Shown: positions 47,504 to 58,355, numbered from the stretch's first letter. The stretch: 64,000 nt of DNA from an uncultured Pelagibacteraceae bacterium (GCA_902523455.1 CABYZG010000006.1:344-64343), one strand, 5' to 3'. Translations and numbers: made by a program. The notes: generated by a model not told the origin, from the sequence alone.

Positions 47504-47953
47504 ATGACACAAAATAAATTCATGGCAATGGCAATTGAGGAGGCAAAAAAAGGCTTAAAAATTGGAGAAATACCAATTGGATGCGTTATCACTAACAAGG
47601 AATATAAAGTTTTAGCACGGTCCCATAATTCAGTGGTTAGCAGAAAAGACCCGGTAGGTCATGCTGAACTAAACGCTATAAGAGAGGCGTGTGAAATGAT
47701 TAACTCTGATAGATTGGTCGATTGTAATATTTACGTGACTTTAGAGCCATGTATCATGTGTGCCAGCGCTATATCAAAAGCTAAGCTTAAGAGGTTGTAT
47801 TATGGTGCAGATGATTTAAAATACGGTTCGATAAATGGGAACTTAAATTTTTTTATATCAAAAAATTGCAATCATTTGCCAGAAATTTATGATAATATTT
47901 CAAAAACTGACTGTGAAAACTTAATAAATAATTTTTTTAAAGGTAAAAGATAA
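47504..47953 (+). CDS. tadA: tRNA adenosine(34) deaminase
   Basis: HAELNAI and PCIMCASAI zinc motifs. Confidence 0.9.
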   Translation: MTQNKFMAMAIEEAKKGLKIGEIPIGCVITNKEYKVLARSHNSVVSRKDPVGHAELNAIREACEMINSDRLVDCNIYVTLEPCIMCASAISKAKLKRLYYGADDLKYGSINGNLNFFISKNCNHLPEIYDNISKTDCENLINNFFKGKR

Positions 47954-49158
47954 TGAACATATCGCCAAAAGCAAAAGAAACTACGGATAGATTGAATAAT
48001 TTTATGGATAAGCACGTTTATCCAAACAACGAAACATATCATAGTCAGATCGAAAATTTTGGAGCTGACAGATGGCAGGTGGTGCCGGTGATTGAAGATC
48101 TTAAAAAAGAAGCAAAAAAAGAAGACCTTTGGAATTTATTTTTACCTGAAAGTGACTATGGGCATGGCCTTACAAACGCAGAGTATGCGCCAATGTGTGA
48201 AATCATGGGGAGAGCAATGTGGTCTGCGGAAGTTTTCAATTGTTCTGCTCCTGATACCGGTAATATGGAAGTTTTAGTTCGATATGGAACAGATGAACAA
48301 AAAGAAAAGTACTTAAAGCCATTATTAGAAGGTGAGATACGCTCTGCTTTTGCCATGACAGAGCCTGCAGTCGCTTCATCAGACGCAACAAATATTGAAA
48401 GTGAAATAAAAAAAGAAGGAAATCAATATGTCCTTAATGGAACAAAATGGTGGACTTCTGGTGCAATGGATCCAAGGTGCCAATTTTTTATCTTCATGGG
48501 AAAAACAGACCCAGATAATCCTGACAGACATAAGCAACAATCCATGATACTGGTTGATAAGGACACACCGGGTATCAAAATAAAGAGACATTTGCCTGTT
48601 TTTGGTTTTGACGACGCCCCTCATGGACATGCTGAGGTTGAATTTAAAGACGTCAAAGTTCCTCCAGAAAATATGCTTTTAGGCGAAGGCAGAGGATTTG
48701 AAATTGCACAGGGTAGATTGGGACCTGGACGAATTCACCATTGTATGAGAACTATTGGCCTTGCTGAAGTTGCACTTGAAGCAATGTGTAAAAGACTAAT
48801 GAGCAGAAAGGCTTTTGGCAAAGAAGTGGTAAGGCACTCTGTTTGGCAAGAGAGAATTGCTGATGCTAGAATTAATATTGAGATGACTAGACTACTAACA
48901 TTAAAGGCCGCAACTATGATGGATGAAGTAGGAAACAAAGTTGCAAAAAATGAAATAGCCATGATTAAAGTAGCTGCACCAAATATGGCATTAAAAATTA
49001 TTGATGACGCAATTCAAGCGTTTGGAGGAGCTGGAGTAACAACAGACCCACACCTAGCACAAGCTTACGCAGGAATGAGAACTCTGCGATTAGCGGATGG
49101 GCCAGACGAAGTGCATAGACTTTCTATTGCAAGAAATGAATTAAAAAAATACTTATAA
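47953..49158 (+). CDS. Acyl-CoA dehydrogenase, ACAD10/11-type
   Basis: 401 aa with [28 protein letters not shown] and a C-terminal helical domain. Confidence 0.9.
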   Translation: MNISPKAKETTDRLNNFMDKHVYPNNETYHSQIENFGADRWQVVPVIEDLKKEAKKEDLWNLFLPESDYGHGLTNAEYAPMCEIMGRAMWSAEVFNCSAPDTGNMEVLVRYGTDEQKEKYLKPLLEGEIRSAFAMTEPAVASSDATNIESEIKKEGNQYVLNGTKWWTSGAMDPRCQFFIFMGKTDPDNPDRHKQQSMILVDKDTPGIKIKRHLPVFGFDDAPHGHAEVEFKDVKVPPENMLLGEGRGFEIAQGRLGPGRIHHCMRTIGLAEVALEAMCKRLMSRKAFGKEVVRHSVWQERIADARINIEMTRLLTLKAATMMDEVGNKVAKNEIAMIKVAAPNMALKIIDDAIQAFGGAGVTTDPHLAQAYAGMRTLRLADGPDEVHRLSIARNELKKYL

Positions 49159-49160
49159 TT

Positions 49161-49328
49161 TTGATAAAAAAGAAGAAAACCTACCAGAAAGATAATTACG
49201 GAAGATACGTTAAGTCACACGAATTTGATCGCTATTGGGATGAGTACCACAATCTGGAAGATATTTCGATGAAAGAGTCAATAAGACAGAGGAAAGAGCG
49301 AGAAAAAAATATAAAAAATTCTAAATAG
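49161..49328 (+). CDS. Candidate 55-aa basic small protein (TTG start)
   Basis: Hand-read ORF (M)IKKKKTYQKDNYGRYVKSHEFDRYWDEYHNLEDISMKESIRQRKEREKNIKNSK. It fills an otherwise empty 162-nt gap. There is no ATG start and no clear SD. Confidence 0.25.
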   Translation: MIKKKKTYQKDNYGRYVKSHEFDRYWDEYHNLEDISMKESIRQRKEREKNIKNSK

Positions 49329-50559
49329 TTTTATCCAAAAACCCTATTAATTTTCTTACCTCTTCTATGCTATTGTAATGAACCATAGAGACTCTAACTA
49401 CCCCATCATTTGGCTCAATGCCCAAACCCTGTAAACATCTCCAGGCATAAAATTCACCATTTCTAATGCCAATATTATTTCTTCCAGCCTCCTGGGCTAC
49501 ATGCAATGAGCTTTTATCTTTAACAGTGAATGATACAGTTGGCATACGATCACATCTAGCATATGTTTGTTTGCCAATCATTCTTATATTTTTTTTTGTT
49601 TTGAGGAATTCAATCAGTTCTTTCATTAATACCTCTTCATGTCTGGATACCAATTCAAAAAATTTTTTACCTTTGCGATGAAGATCTAAATTATTTTCGC
49701 CAAAATGATGATCATATAAAGTTTCGTAGTAGTCAGTTATACCTGATAAACATCCAAGTTCCTCATGATTAGGACCACCTGGATTAAGTGTATATGGTAC
49801 ACTTCCTTCCAAGAATTCATGATTAAGATTTTTTGTTTCAAGTAATAAATCTCTCTTACCATATAATAGTGCTAAATGTGGTCCATAAGTTTTGTATAGG
49901 CTAAAACCATAGAAATCTATATCGAGATCTTTTAAATCCGCAATATCATGTGCCATGTATGCTACACCGTCTCCAACAACTTTGATATTATTCTGATGCG
50001 CCAATGTAATGATATCTTTTAGATTATTAATTGATGCAACAACATTAGATGTGTGACAGACACAGATAAATTTTGTTTTTTCTGTTATGAGATTTTTTAA
50101 TTCATCTAATTCTAGTTCAGCAGAGTCAGGGTTAAACTTCCATTCATTTATTTTGATACCGTGTTCTGATAATTTTCTCCATGCGCCAATATTTGCTTCA
50201 TGATCTTGATTTGTGACTATGATTTCGTCCCCATCGTTAAGCCACGATCTCACAGCATTAGATAGTAAAAACATATTCATAGTCGTAGATGGTCCAATGA
50301 TAAATTCATCATTATTGATATTTAGGAGTTCAGAAATTTTGCTTATACTATTATCCATTTCGTTACCTGCTTCAATCGACGGACCAAAGTCGCCATAAGG
50401 TTGTACTTTTTTAGTCGTCATAAAATCATTTAACTTTTCAATAACCTGTTTTGGCACATACGTACCACCAGCATTCTCAAAAAATGCAAAGTTTGAAGTT
50501 TTAGGGTTTTGAAAAACAGGGAATTGTTCTCTTACAAAATCTATATCCAGCTCTGTCAT
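49321..50559 (-). CDS. Class V aminotransferase-fold PLP enzyme (cysteine desulfurase/lyase-like)
   Basis: 412 aa with HTSNVV and the PLP-lysine region FSLYKTYGPH. Confidence 0.8.
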   Translation of the reverse strand: MTELDIDFVREQFPVFQNPKTSNFAFFENAGGTYVPKQVIEKLNDFMTTKKVQPYGDFGPSIEAGNEMDNSISKISELLNINNDEFIIGPSTTMNMFLLSNAVRSWLNDGDEIIVTNQDHEANIGAWRKLSEHGIKINEWKFNPDSAELELDELKNLITEKTKFICVCHTSNVVASINNLKDIITLAHQNNIKVVGDGVAYMAHDIADLKDLDIDFYGFSLYKTYGPHLALLYGKRDLLLETKNLNHEFLEGSVPYTLNPGGPNHEELGCLSGITDYYETLYDHHFGENNLDLHRKGKKFFELVSRHEEVLMKELIEFLKTKKNIRMIGKQTYARCDRMPTVSFTVKDKSSLHVAQEAGRNNIGIRNGEFYAWRCLQGLGIEPNDGVVRVSMVHYNSIEEVRKLIGFLDKTI

Positions 50560-50564
50560 ATTAA

Positions 50565-51632
50565 TTATTTTGCTGCCTCTTCCACAATATTCCAGCCTAA
50601 TTTTCCTAATATTGGAACAAAGCTCTCATAGTTTTTAGCCTCTGAACTTGAAGCTGTTCCATCTCTTACTCTACCAACAATTCCTTGCGCAATTCCAGCC
50701 AAGCGGAAAATGTTATACGCCATATAAAAATCCCAGTTTTCAATTTTACTTCTGCCTGTTTTTTTGTAATACATTTCAGCGTACTCATGTTCAGAGGGAA
50801 TATTAAGCTCTTCTAAGTTTGATCCCATCATTCCAAGACCCTTTGCTGCAGCAGGCAGTCGCCATGACATCATGTGATAAGTAAAATCCGCTATAGGATT
50901 TCCGAGTGTAGAAAGCTCCCAATCCAGAATAGCCATAACTTTATTATTTTGTTTATCAAATATCATATTATCAAGACGAAAGTCTCCATGTACAATTGTA
51001 GTTTCATTATCTTCAGGAATATTAATTGGCAACCATTCTATTAAATTATCCATTTCATTGATTTTTCGTGTTTCAGAATCTTTATACTGTTTGGTCCAAC
51101 GATGAATTTGTCTTGCCATATAATTTTCGTGTTTTCCGTAATCACCTAGCCCAATTTTTTGAAAATCAACGTTGTGAAGTTTTGCAATCGTATCATTCAT
51201 GGATAGGTAAATTTCACGGCGTTGGTTATTATCTGAATCTGGCAATAAAAGTTCCCAATATATGTTTCCATCAACATGATCCATTAAAAAAAATTGTGTT
51301 CCAATGACGTCTTCATCTTCACAAAAACAATAAGTTTCAGGAACCGGTACATCAGTCTTGCCAAGCGCAGTAATGACTTTATATTCTCTGTCTACGGCAT
51401 GTGCAGATTTTAGTAATTTACCAGGAGGTTTACGCCTTAACACATAGTTTTTTGTTTTATCCTTAATCAAATAAGTAGGATTAGATTGCCCTCCTTTAAA
51501 TTGCTTTATACTTAGAATATCAAACTCATTTCCAATTATTTTTTTCAAGTAATCATTGAGATTATCACTATTAAAAACTAACTTTTCATCAACCTCCTTA
51601 GTGCCAGAAAATATTTCGTCACGAGTAGTCAT
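50565..51632 (-). CDS. APH-family phosphotransferase (ACAD10/11 kinase-domain-like)
   Basis: 355 aa. The Brenner motif HGDFRLDNMIF and DWELS are present. Confidence 0.8.
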   Translation of the reverse strand: MTTRDEIFSGTKEVDEKLVFNSDNLNDYLKKIIGNEFDILSIKQFKGGQSNPTYLIKDKTKNYVLRRKPPGKLLKSAHAVDREYKVITALGKTDVPVPETYCFCEDEDVIGTQFFLMDHVDGNIYWELLLPDSDNNQRREIYLSMNDTIAKLHNVDFQKIGLGDYGKHENYMARQIHRWTKQYKDSETRKINEMDNLIEWLPINIPEDNETTIVHGDFRLDNMIFDKQNNKVMAILDWELSTLGNPIADFTYHMMSWRLPAAAKGLGMMGSNLEELNIPSEHEYAEMYYKKTGRSKIENWDFYMAYNIFRLAGIAQGIVGRVRDGTASSSEAKNYESFVPILGKLGWNIVEEAAK

Positions 51633-52891
51633 TTAATTGCCTTTTTTCCTATATCTCTTCTGTAATAACCATCTGGCCAATCAAGCTGACCGATGTAAGC
51701 ATAAATCATATTTAGAGCATCTCTTAGATTTTTATTTTTTGCTGTTACGGAAAGAACTCTACCTCCGTTAGCTAGAAGGTTATTTCCATCATGTTTTGTT
51801 CCTGCGTGAAATACTTGAAATAGATCACTACTCTCGAAATTTTCATAGCCAATAATTTTTGTATTTTTTTTATAGTCGCTTGGATAACCTTTTGCTGCCA
51901 CAACCACTGTAGCACTATTATCATCTTCCCATTCCAATTTAGTTTTACTTAAACTGCCTTCCAAGCAATTAAGAATTAATCTAATTAAATCATTTTTCAT
52001 TCTTAGCATTAACACCTGACACTCTGGATCACCAAATCTAATATTATATTCAACCAATCGGGCATAACCATCTTTAATCATTAATCCAGCATAGAGAATA
52101 CCTTTATAAGGATGTCCATTTTTTTTAAGAGCTTTTAGAGTGGGTGTAATAATTTCCCTGTCTACTTGTTCTTTTATTTTAGGTGTAAAAATTGGCGCAG
52201 GTGAATATGCCCCCATTCCTCCAGTGTTAGGCCCTGTATCATTTTCACCTATTCTTTTGTGATCTTGAGCACTTTCTAATGAAACAAAATCCTCACCATC
52301 ACAACAAACAAAATAACTCGCTTCTTCACCATCCATAAACTCTTCAATAACTACATCCATATTTGCCCCAAACTTCTCGTCAAAAATGTCATTTATTGCT
52401 TGTTCTGCCATTTTCTTTGTGTCCGCAACAGTAACGCCTTTCCCAGCTGCTAGACCATCAGCTTTAATTACAATAGGTAAAGGCTGTGCATTTAAATAGT
52501 TTATAGCTTCTTCTTTATTATCAAATCGAGCATAGTCAGCTGTTGGTATCCTATTTTGTTTACAAAGATCTTTCATAAAACCTTTGGATCCTTCTAACTG
52601 CGATGCATACTTATCTGGTCCAAAGATTTTTATTTCTGTCTCTCTAAAAAAATCAACAATCCCTGCAACCAATGGCACTTCAGGGCCGACAATGACTAAT
52701 TCTATCATTTTAATTTTACAGAAGTCGTATATTTTCTCAAAATCTGTTTGATCAATTTGTTCACATTCAGCAAGTTGGCTTATTCCGTAGTTTCCAGGTA
52801 TTGCATAAATAGATGAAACCAGAGAGCTCTTAGATATTAAGTAACATAACGCATGCTCACGAGCCCCACTGCCAATCACTAAAATTTTCAT
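51629..52891 (-). CDS. purD: Phosphoribosylamine--glycine ligase
   Basis: 420 aa with MKILVIGSGAREHAL and ATP-grasp motifs. Confidence 0.95.
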   Translation of the reverse strand: MKILVIGSGAREHALCYLISKSSLVSSIYAIPGNYGISQLAECEQIDQTDFEKIYDFCKIKMIELVIVGPEVPLVAGIVDFFRETEIKIFGPDKYASQLEGSKGFMKDLCKQNRIPTADYARFDNKEEAINYLNAQPLPIVIKADGLAAGKGVTVADTKKMAEQAINDIFDEKFGANMDVVIEEFMDGEEASYFVCCDGEDFVSLESAQDHKRIGENDTGPNTGGMGAYSPAPIFTPKIKEQVDREIITPTLKALKKNGHPYKGILYAGLMIKDGYARLVEYNIRFGDPECQVLMLRMKNDLIRLILNCLEGSLSKTKLEWEDDNSATVVVAAKGYPSDYKKNTKIIGYENFESSDLFQVFHAGTKHDGNNLLANGGRVLSVTAKNKNLRDALNMIYAYIGQLDWPDGYYRRDIGKKAIK

Positions 52892-52943
52892 AAAGTATAT
52901 TTTTGATTTTCTTGTTATATTAGCACATTAATATTTAAATTAA

Positions 52944-54248
52944 ATGGTAAGAGAGAACATCAAAGAATATACAGTTACTGAAATTTCAGCCTCAATTAAA
53001 GAGACCCTTGAGGATAACTTTGGCTATGTGAAAGTTCGTGGAGAAGTATCTGGTTTAAGCAAGCCAGTATCGGGCCATGTATATCTTAACCTTAAAGATG
53101 AAAATGCAATTATAAAAGCGATTGCATGGAGAAGCACTGTTGCAAAACTAAGCTTTATGCCAGATGAAGGCCTTGAAGTAATTTGCTCTGGGAGACTTAC
53201 AACTGGGTATTCAGATAGATACCCAGGAAGATCCGACTATTCCATTATTATAGACTCAATTGTACCAGCGGGAGAGGGTGCATTAATGGCATTGCTTGAA
53301 CAAAGAAAGAAAAAATTAATGTCAGAAGGTATTTTTGATCAAGACCACAAAAAGCCTCTTCCATTATATCCTGAAACAATTGGAATTATTACTTCACCTA
53401 CAGGAGCGGTTATAAAAGATATTATTCATAGACTTGAAGATAGATTTCCATGCGATGTTATACTTTGGCCAGTTCCTGTACAAGGAGATGATGCTGCGCA
53501 TTTAATCGCAGATGCTTTAAATGGATTTAACCATTCCCTAAAAGGTAGCGAATTTAAAGTTCCAGACTTAATTATTGTAGCCCGAGGTGGAGGGAGCATA
53601 GAAGATCTCTGGGCATTTAATGAGGAAATTGTTGTAAGAGCTGTATTCGCTAGTGAAATACCTGTTTTGTCAGCTGTTGGACATGAAACAGATACGACAC
53701 TTATTGATTTTGTATCTGATCTCAGGGCGCCAACTCCAACAGCAGCAGCAGAGTTGTGTACACCTAACAGAGATGAGCTTTTAATCAATTTAAAAGACCT
53801 TCAAAAAGACCTTCGTGACTCAATTAACAGTAATTTAGAAAATAAATTAAGTTCATTTAAAATTCTAAATGATAAGTTGCCAGTCTCTTTGAAATTATTT
53901 ATAAAAAGTCTGTTATCAGAATTTAAAGAAATTACTCAGTCACTTAACTATCGTATTTTAGAGGAACAAGTAAATAATTTTCAACAAAAACTGATTTCAA
54001 AATTTGATAAATTAAATAGTTCTACAAACTTATTTGTAGAAAATATGCGCAATCAAATTAATTATAATGAAAAGTTATTAGAAAGTATGAGCTATAAGTC
54101 AGTTTTAAACCGAGGGTACTCTGTTACAAAAAACTTAAACAATAAGGTTATAAAGTCAAAAAAAAATCTAGAACACGATACAGATATAATTATTGAAACA
54201 AGCTTTGCAAAAATCTCTGCTAAAGTGAAGGAAATTAAAGATGAATAA
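52944..54248 (+). CDS. xseA: Exodeoxyribonuclease VII large subunit
   Basis: 434 aa with an OB-fold N-terminus, RGGGSIEDLWAFNEE and GHETDTTL. Confidence 0.9.
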   Translation: MVRENIKEYTVTEISASIKETLEDNFGYVKVRGEVSGLSKPVSGHVYLNLKDENAIIKAIAWRSTVAKLSFMPDEGLEVICSGRLTTGYSDRYPGRSDYSIIIDSIVPAGEGALMALLEQRKKKLMSEGIFDQDHKKPLPLYPETIGIITSPTGAVIKDIIHRLEDRFPCDVILWPVPVQGDDAAHLIADALNGFNHSLKGSEFKVPDLIIVARGGGSIEDLWAFNEEIVVRAVFASEIPVLSAVGHETDTTLIDFVSDLRAPTPTAAAELCTPNRDELLINLKDLQKDLRDSINSNLENKLSSFKILNDKLPVSLKLFIKSLLSEFKEITQSLNYRILEEQVNNFQQKLISKFDKLNSSTNLFVENMRNQINYNEKLLESMSYKSVLNRGYSVTKNLNNKVIKSKKNLEHDTDIIIETSFAKISAKVKEIKDE

Positions 54249-54450
54249 TTTTGGGACAAAAGCTGAAATTGTTCTTAATCATGGTCATTTCCAAGTTAAG
54301 ACACCCGGTGATTTTGTGGAATGTTCAATAACTGGAGAAAAAATTACACTCGAAAATCTTAAATATTGGAACGTAGAACTTCAAGAAGTATATGCATCAC
54401 CTGAAGTGGCACTAAACAGATACAAAGAGCTTAATGGTCTTAATAAATAG
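54241..54450 (+). CDS. DUF2093-like small protein
   Basis: 69 aa. The pattern GDFVECSITGEKITLENLKYWNVELQEVYASPEVAL matches my recollection of this alphaproteobacterial family. It overlaps xseA by 8 nt. Confidence 0.5.
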   Translation: MNNFGTKAEIVLNHGHFQVKTPGDFVECSITGEKITLENLKYWNVELQEVYASPEVALNRYKELNGLNK

Positions 54451-55237
54451 GGCTTTTCTTCTTTTATTTTATTTAAACGTATGCGCGTATTCGTCTGAAC
54501 TTTCTAAAAGTTTTCCACAAGGAAGTCTTGTTGTAGGTCAAAACAATGAAGCAAATGAAATCTTTGTTGATGGAGAGCCGATTAAAATAAGTCATGATGG
54601 ATACTATGTTTTCCCAATATCTCGAGAGCAGATAGAACCAATAAATGTTACATACAGCAACAGTGATGGTATTTTCTTAATACACCAAATCTCTATCGAA
54701 GAACAAGATTATGATATTCAAAGAATTGATGGCCTACCTGAACAGATGGTTACGCCTCTTGATGATGAAATCATAAAGCGAATTATTGCTGAAAATGAAG
54801 TAATAAAAGAAGCGAAGAAATTAGACATGGATTTGACTTATTTTAAGGAAGAATTTATTCAACCAACAAATGGAATTATCAGTGGAGTTTTTGGCAGCCA
54901 AAGAATTCTTAATGGTAAAGCAAAAAGCCCTCATAGAGGTATTGATATTGCTGCTAATGAAGGAACACCTGTATTGTCTTGTAATGAAGGAATAGTCATT
55001 CATGCTGAAAGTGATTTATATTATACCGGAGGCACAATAATCGTTGATCATGGTCATGGAGTAAAATCTATTTATGCCCACTTGTCTTCTGTAAATGTTA
55101 CAGTGAATCAAAAAGTTAGCAAAAAAGATATAATAGGCAAAGTAGGATCAACAGGCAGGTCAACTGGACCACATCTACATTGGGGTGTAATGGTTTTTAA
55201 TACTTATGTTGATCCACTTTTGTTATTAGAAAATTAA
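54434..55237 (+). CDS. M23-family peptidase (secreted)
   Basis: Signal peptide, then HRGIDIA, DHGHG and GPHLHW. Confidence 0.85.
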   Translation: MVLINRAFLLLFYLNVCAYSSELSKSFPQGSLVVGQNNEANEIFVDGEPIKISHDGYYVFPISREQIEPINVTYSNSDGIFLIHQISIEEQDYDIQRIDGLPEQMVTPLDDEIIKRIIAENEVIKEAKKLDMDLTYFKEEFIQPTNGIISGVFGSQRILNGKAKSPHRGIDIAANEGTPVLSCNEGIVIHAESDLYYTGGTIIVDHGHGVKSIYAHLSSVNVTVNQKVSKKDIIGKVGSTGRSTGPHLHWGVMVFNTYVDPLLLLEN

Positions 55238-55243
55238 ATAAAA

Positions 55244-56122
55244 TTAGTCTAGTTTCCACCTATTATGAAACCAAAAATATTGTTCCGGATATTTCTTAAT
55301 CATGCTTTCATAATAAGCAATAATTATCTCCGATATTTTCTCTACGTTATCTGAAGTATCTTTATAATCGCTGGCATGAATTGATTGATGAATTTCAAAT
55401 TCAAATTTTCCATCATTTTTTCTTATAGGCCATCCTAAAAATATTTTACACCCAGATTTTAGGGCAAGTTGCGCAGGTAAAGATGAAAACTTCATTTTCT
55501 TTCCAAAGAAATTAAGGTTAATACCTGACGATAACTGAAGATCAGCTAACAGAGCAATTGACTCACCATTTTTAAAATTATTAAGTAATTGTTTTGTACC
55601 TATTCTGTTTTTACTCAAACATTTAAGACTATATTTGACTCTAAGTTGCTTTAAAACAAAATTAATAAGAGGATTGTTAGGTTCTCTTACAATTGCAGAT
55701 GTACGATGCATCGTTTTTCTTATGGACATTCCTGGTATTTCCCAATTTGAATTATGAGCAGATATAATGATTGATCTTTCGCTACCCGAGAAGGCTTCTC
55801 TGTAAAGATCATTTTCAATTACATTAATTTTATCTTTTAATATTTTTTTGAGATGTGAATATTCGGCTATTGTATTTCCTAAATTTTCCCATACTTTTTT
55901 TGCTTTAGTATTAATCCATTTTTCGTCTTGATCCTTAAAAGCAATTCTTAAATTTTTTTTAACTAAATTATTAATTGAAAATAAGGGGCCTAAGCTTGTT
56001 GTTATGCTTACCCCTAGTTTTCTTGCAATAGAAAGAGGTAGTAATTTGAATAAAAGATATAGAAAAACAAATAGAATAAATTCGGAAGGATATCGAATAT
56101 ATCTTTTTAGAAAAATCTTCAT
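55244..56122 (-). CDS. lpxL: Lipid A biosynthesis lauroyl/late acyltransferase family protein
   Basis: 292 aa with an N-terminal TM and the HNSNWE (HX4E-like) acyltransferase motif. It sits next to lpxK-waaA. Confidence 0.65.
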   Translation of the reverse strand: MKIFLKRYIRYPSEFILFVFLYLLFKLLPLSIARKLGVSITTSLGPLFSINNLVKKNLRIAFKDQDEKWINTKAKKVWENLGNTIAEYSHLKKILKDKINVIENDLYREAFSGSERSIIISAHNSNWEIPGMSIRKTMHRTSAIVREPNNPLINFVLKQLRVKYSLKCLSKNRIGTKQLLNNFKNGESIALLADLQLSSGINLNFFGKKMKFSSLPAQLALKSGCKIFLGWPIRKNDGKFEFEIHQSIHASDYKDTSDNVEKISEIIIAYYESMIKKYPEQYFWFHNRWKLD

Positions 56123-56127
56123 AAGAG

Positions 56128-57105
56128 TTAGTTAACCAGTTTATGTATAAATTTATCTACGTCGTGTAATTTTATCTTCACTTTTAAACATTCAATTCCA
56201 TTCCTTTTTTCTTTTGGAATTCTAACAAAATCTTTTTCAGTCGTAATAAGTGAAAGGTTATTATCTGACGCTGTTTTTTTAAGTTTGTTAAGATCATTTT
56301 CTGAAAAAAAATGATGATCCGGAAATTCAACTGTTTTAAGTACAGTGCAATTATTATCGATAAGAGTATCAAAGAAGCTTTGATTGTTTCCAATACCGCT
56401 AAAAGCTAAGTATTTTTTATTTTTGTCGACATATAATGGTTTTATCGAAGCGGTAAGGGTATCAATATTTATATTTTTATACATACTTTTTATTTTTGTT
56501 TTATCATCGCCAACAATAATTAAAAATTGGGCTTTTTTTAATGCAGGCTTAATTAGTTCTCTTAATGGTCCAGCTGGCAAACACAATCCGTTTCCAAAAC
56601 CACGTTCCCCATTTACAATCAAAATGTTTTTATCTTTAAAAATAGACTTATCTTGGAAACCATCATCAAGTAAAATAAAATCAGGATTAACATCATCTAG
56701 AATTTTTTTCACAGCTAACCTCCGACTCGTTGAAATATAAGTAGGTACATGATTTGAATAAAGAATTGCCTCATCACCCACTAGGACCGCTGATTCATCT
56801 GGTGATACTTTTTTAAAAATAGTTTTTTTACCACCATATCCTTTTAACAATACACAAATATTTTTGTTATTAATTTTGAAATGATTAATAATTTCTAAAA
56901 GAGTCGAGGTCTTTCCTGTACCGCCTAAGTTTATATTACCTATACAAATGATTGGAATATCAATTTTGTGTTCAGTTTTGAGTATTCTGATTAAATAAAA
57001 AATTAATAAATATAGTAAAGATATTGGAATAAGTAAGTACGAGATTAATCTATAAAAAATTTGATTGGAATACCATATATTCAATATTATTTTTTCCATG
57101 CGCAA
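56128..57105 (-). CDS. lpxK: Tetraacyldisaccharide 4'-kinase
   Basis: GNINLGGTGKT P-loop; LLDDGFQ. Confidence 0.85.
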   Translation of the reverse strand: MRMEKIILNIWYSNQIFYRLISYLLIPISLLYLLIFYLIRILKTEHKIDIPIICIGNINLGGTGKTSTLLEIINHFKINNKNICVLLKGYGGKKTIFKKVSPDESAVLVGDEAILYSNHVPTYISTSRRLAVKKILDDVNPDFILLDDGFQDKSIFKDKNILIVNGERGFGNGLCLPAGPLRELIKPALKKAQFLIIVGDDKTKIKSMYKNINIDTLTASIKPLYVDKNKKYLAFSGIGNNQSFFDTLIDNNCTVLKTVEFPDHHFFSENDLNKLKKTASDNNLSLITTEKDFVRIPKEKRNGIECLKVKIKLHDVDKFIHKLVN

Positions 57106-58353
57106 CTATAAATATTGGTAAATAACGTCCAGTACTTTACTTACTGTATCATCACCCTCTTTTTTTAGTCTATTTATATTAATACCCTTATTAATAGACT
57201 TTGGGTTAGCTAATGCTTCTTTAACGTAATGCTCTAGCTGGCGCTCATTTTCTACTTGTTGAGTGAATTTTAATTGATTAAGAACGTCGTAGACATCGAT
57301 GAAATTCTGGATATTTTTGCCATGATATATTTTTTTACCTAAATAAGCAGCTTCTATGGGATTTTGTCCACCATGTGGAACTAAACTGCCACCAATAAAA
57401 ACGATATTTGCTAAACTATAAAATATGCTCAATTCTCCTATTGTATCAGCAAGATATAAATATGTTCGATCATTGATTTTTTCTTTCTTTGACCTGATAG
57501 ATAAGCCAAGTCCTTTAGATGATGAAAAAAATGATTTTCTAGTTACGTGTCTGGGTACAATAATTGTCAGAAGGTCTTTTACGGTTTTTTTTAAATTAAG
57601 CGTAATGTTTTTAATTATTTCTTCCTCTCCAGGATGTGTACTGGCTGCAAGAAATATTTTACGTTTCTTTGTAAGGGATCTCAGTTTTTTTAGTTCATCT
57701 GAAATAATTTCATCAGGTTTATAAGCAAATTTAAGATTCCCTGTATTAATAGTATTTTTAATACCTAACTTCCCATAAAAAAAAGCACTATCACTGTTTT
57801 GAGTACAGCATGCAGTAATATTAGAAAATAGATTTTTTGATGATCCACCAAGCATTGACCATCTCTTAAAACTTTTAATTGTCATTCTTCCATTTATAAT
57901 TAGAGAACATACATTTCTTTTTTTAAGTTCAGTTAGAAAGTTAGGCCAAATTTCAGACTCGACAAATACAGCCAAAGAGGGGTTCCAGTGATTTAGAAAC
58001 TTATGTATATAAGATGGTATATCAAATGGAATAAATTGATGAATAATTTTTTTTGATAACTTATCTTTGAGGATATTTGCAGAAGTAAGTGTCCCGGTAG
58101 TAAGAATTATTTGATCAATGGATTTATCAGAGTTTAATTTTTTTAGTAAAGGTAATATTGATAAACTTTCACCAATACTAGCAGCATGAATCCATATAAC
58201 TTTTCCGTCTTTTCTATCAATATCACTTATTCCATATCTTTCTGATACCCTTAATCTATCTTCTTTACCCTTTAAAATTCTGATAAGAACATAAAAAACA
58301 ATAAATGGTCTAATGAGTGTCGTAATTAACCTATAACTATAATAAGGTAGCAT
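57106..58353 (-). CDS. waaA: 3-deoxy-D-manno-octulosonic acid (Kdo) transferase
   Basis: 415 aa with WIHAASIGE and GGSLVPHGGQNPIEAA. Confidence 0.9.
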   Translation of the reverse strand: MLPYYSYRLITTLIRPFIVFYVLIRILKGKEDRLRVSERYGISDIDRKDGKVIWIHAASIGESLSILPLLKKLNSDKSIDQIILTTGTLTSANILKDKLSKKIIHQFIPFDIPSYIHKFLNHWNPSLAVFVESEIWPNFLTELKKRNVCSLIINGRMTIKSFKRWSMLGGSSKNLFSNITACCTQNSDSAFFYGKLGIKNTINTGNLKFAYKPDEIISDELKKLRSLTKKRKIFLAASTHPGEEEIIKNITLNLKKTVKDLLTIIVPRHVTRKSFFSSSKGLGLSIRSKKEKINDRTYLYLADTIGELSIFYSLANIVFIGGSLVPHGGQNPIEAAYLGKKIYHGKNIQNFIDVYDVLNQLKFTQQVENERQLEHYVKEALANPKSINKGININRLKKEGDDTVSKVLDVIYQYL

Positions 58354-58355
58354 TA

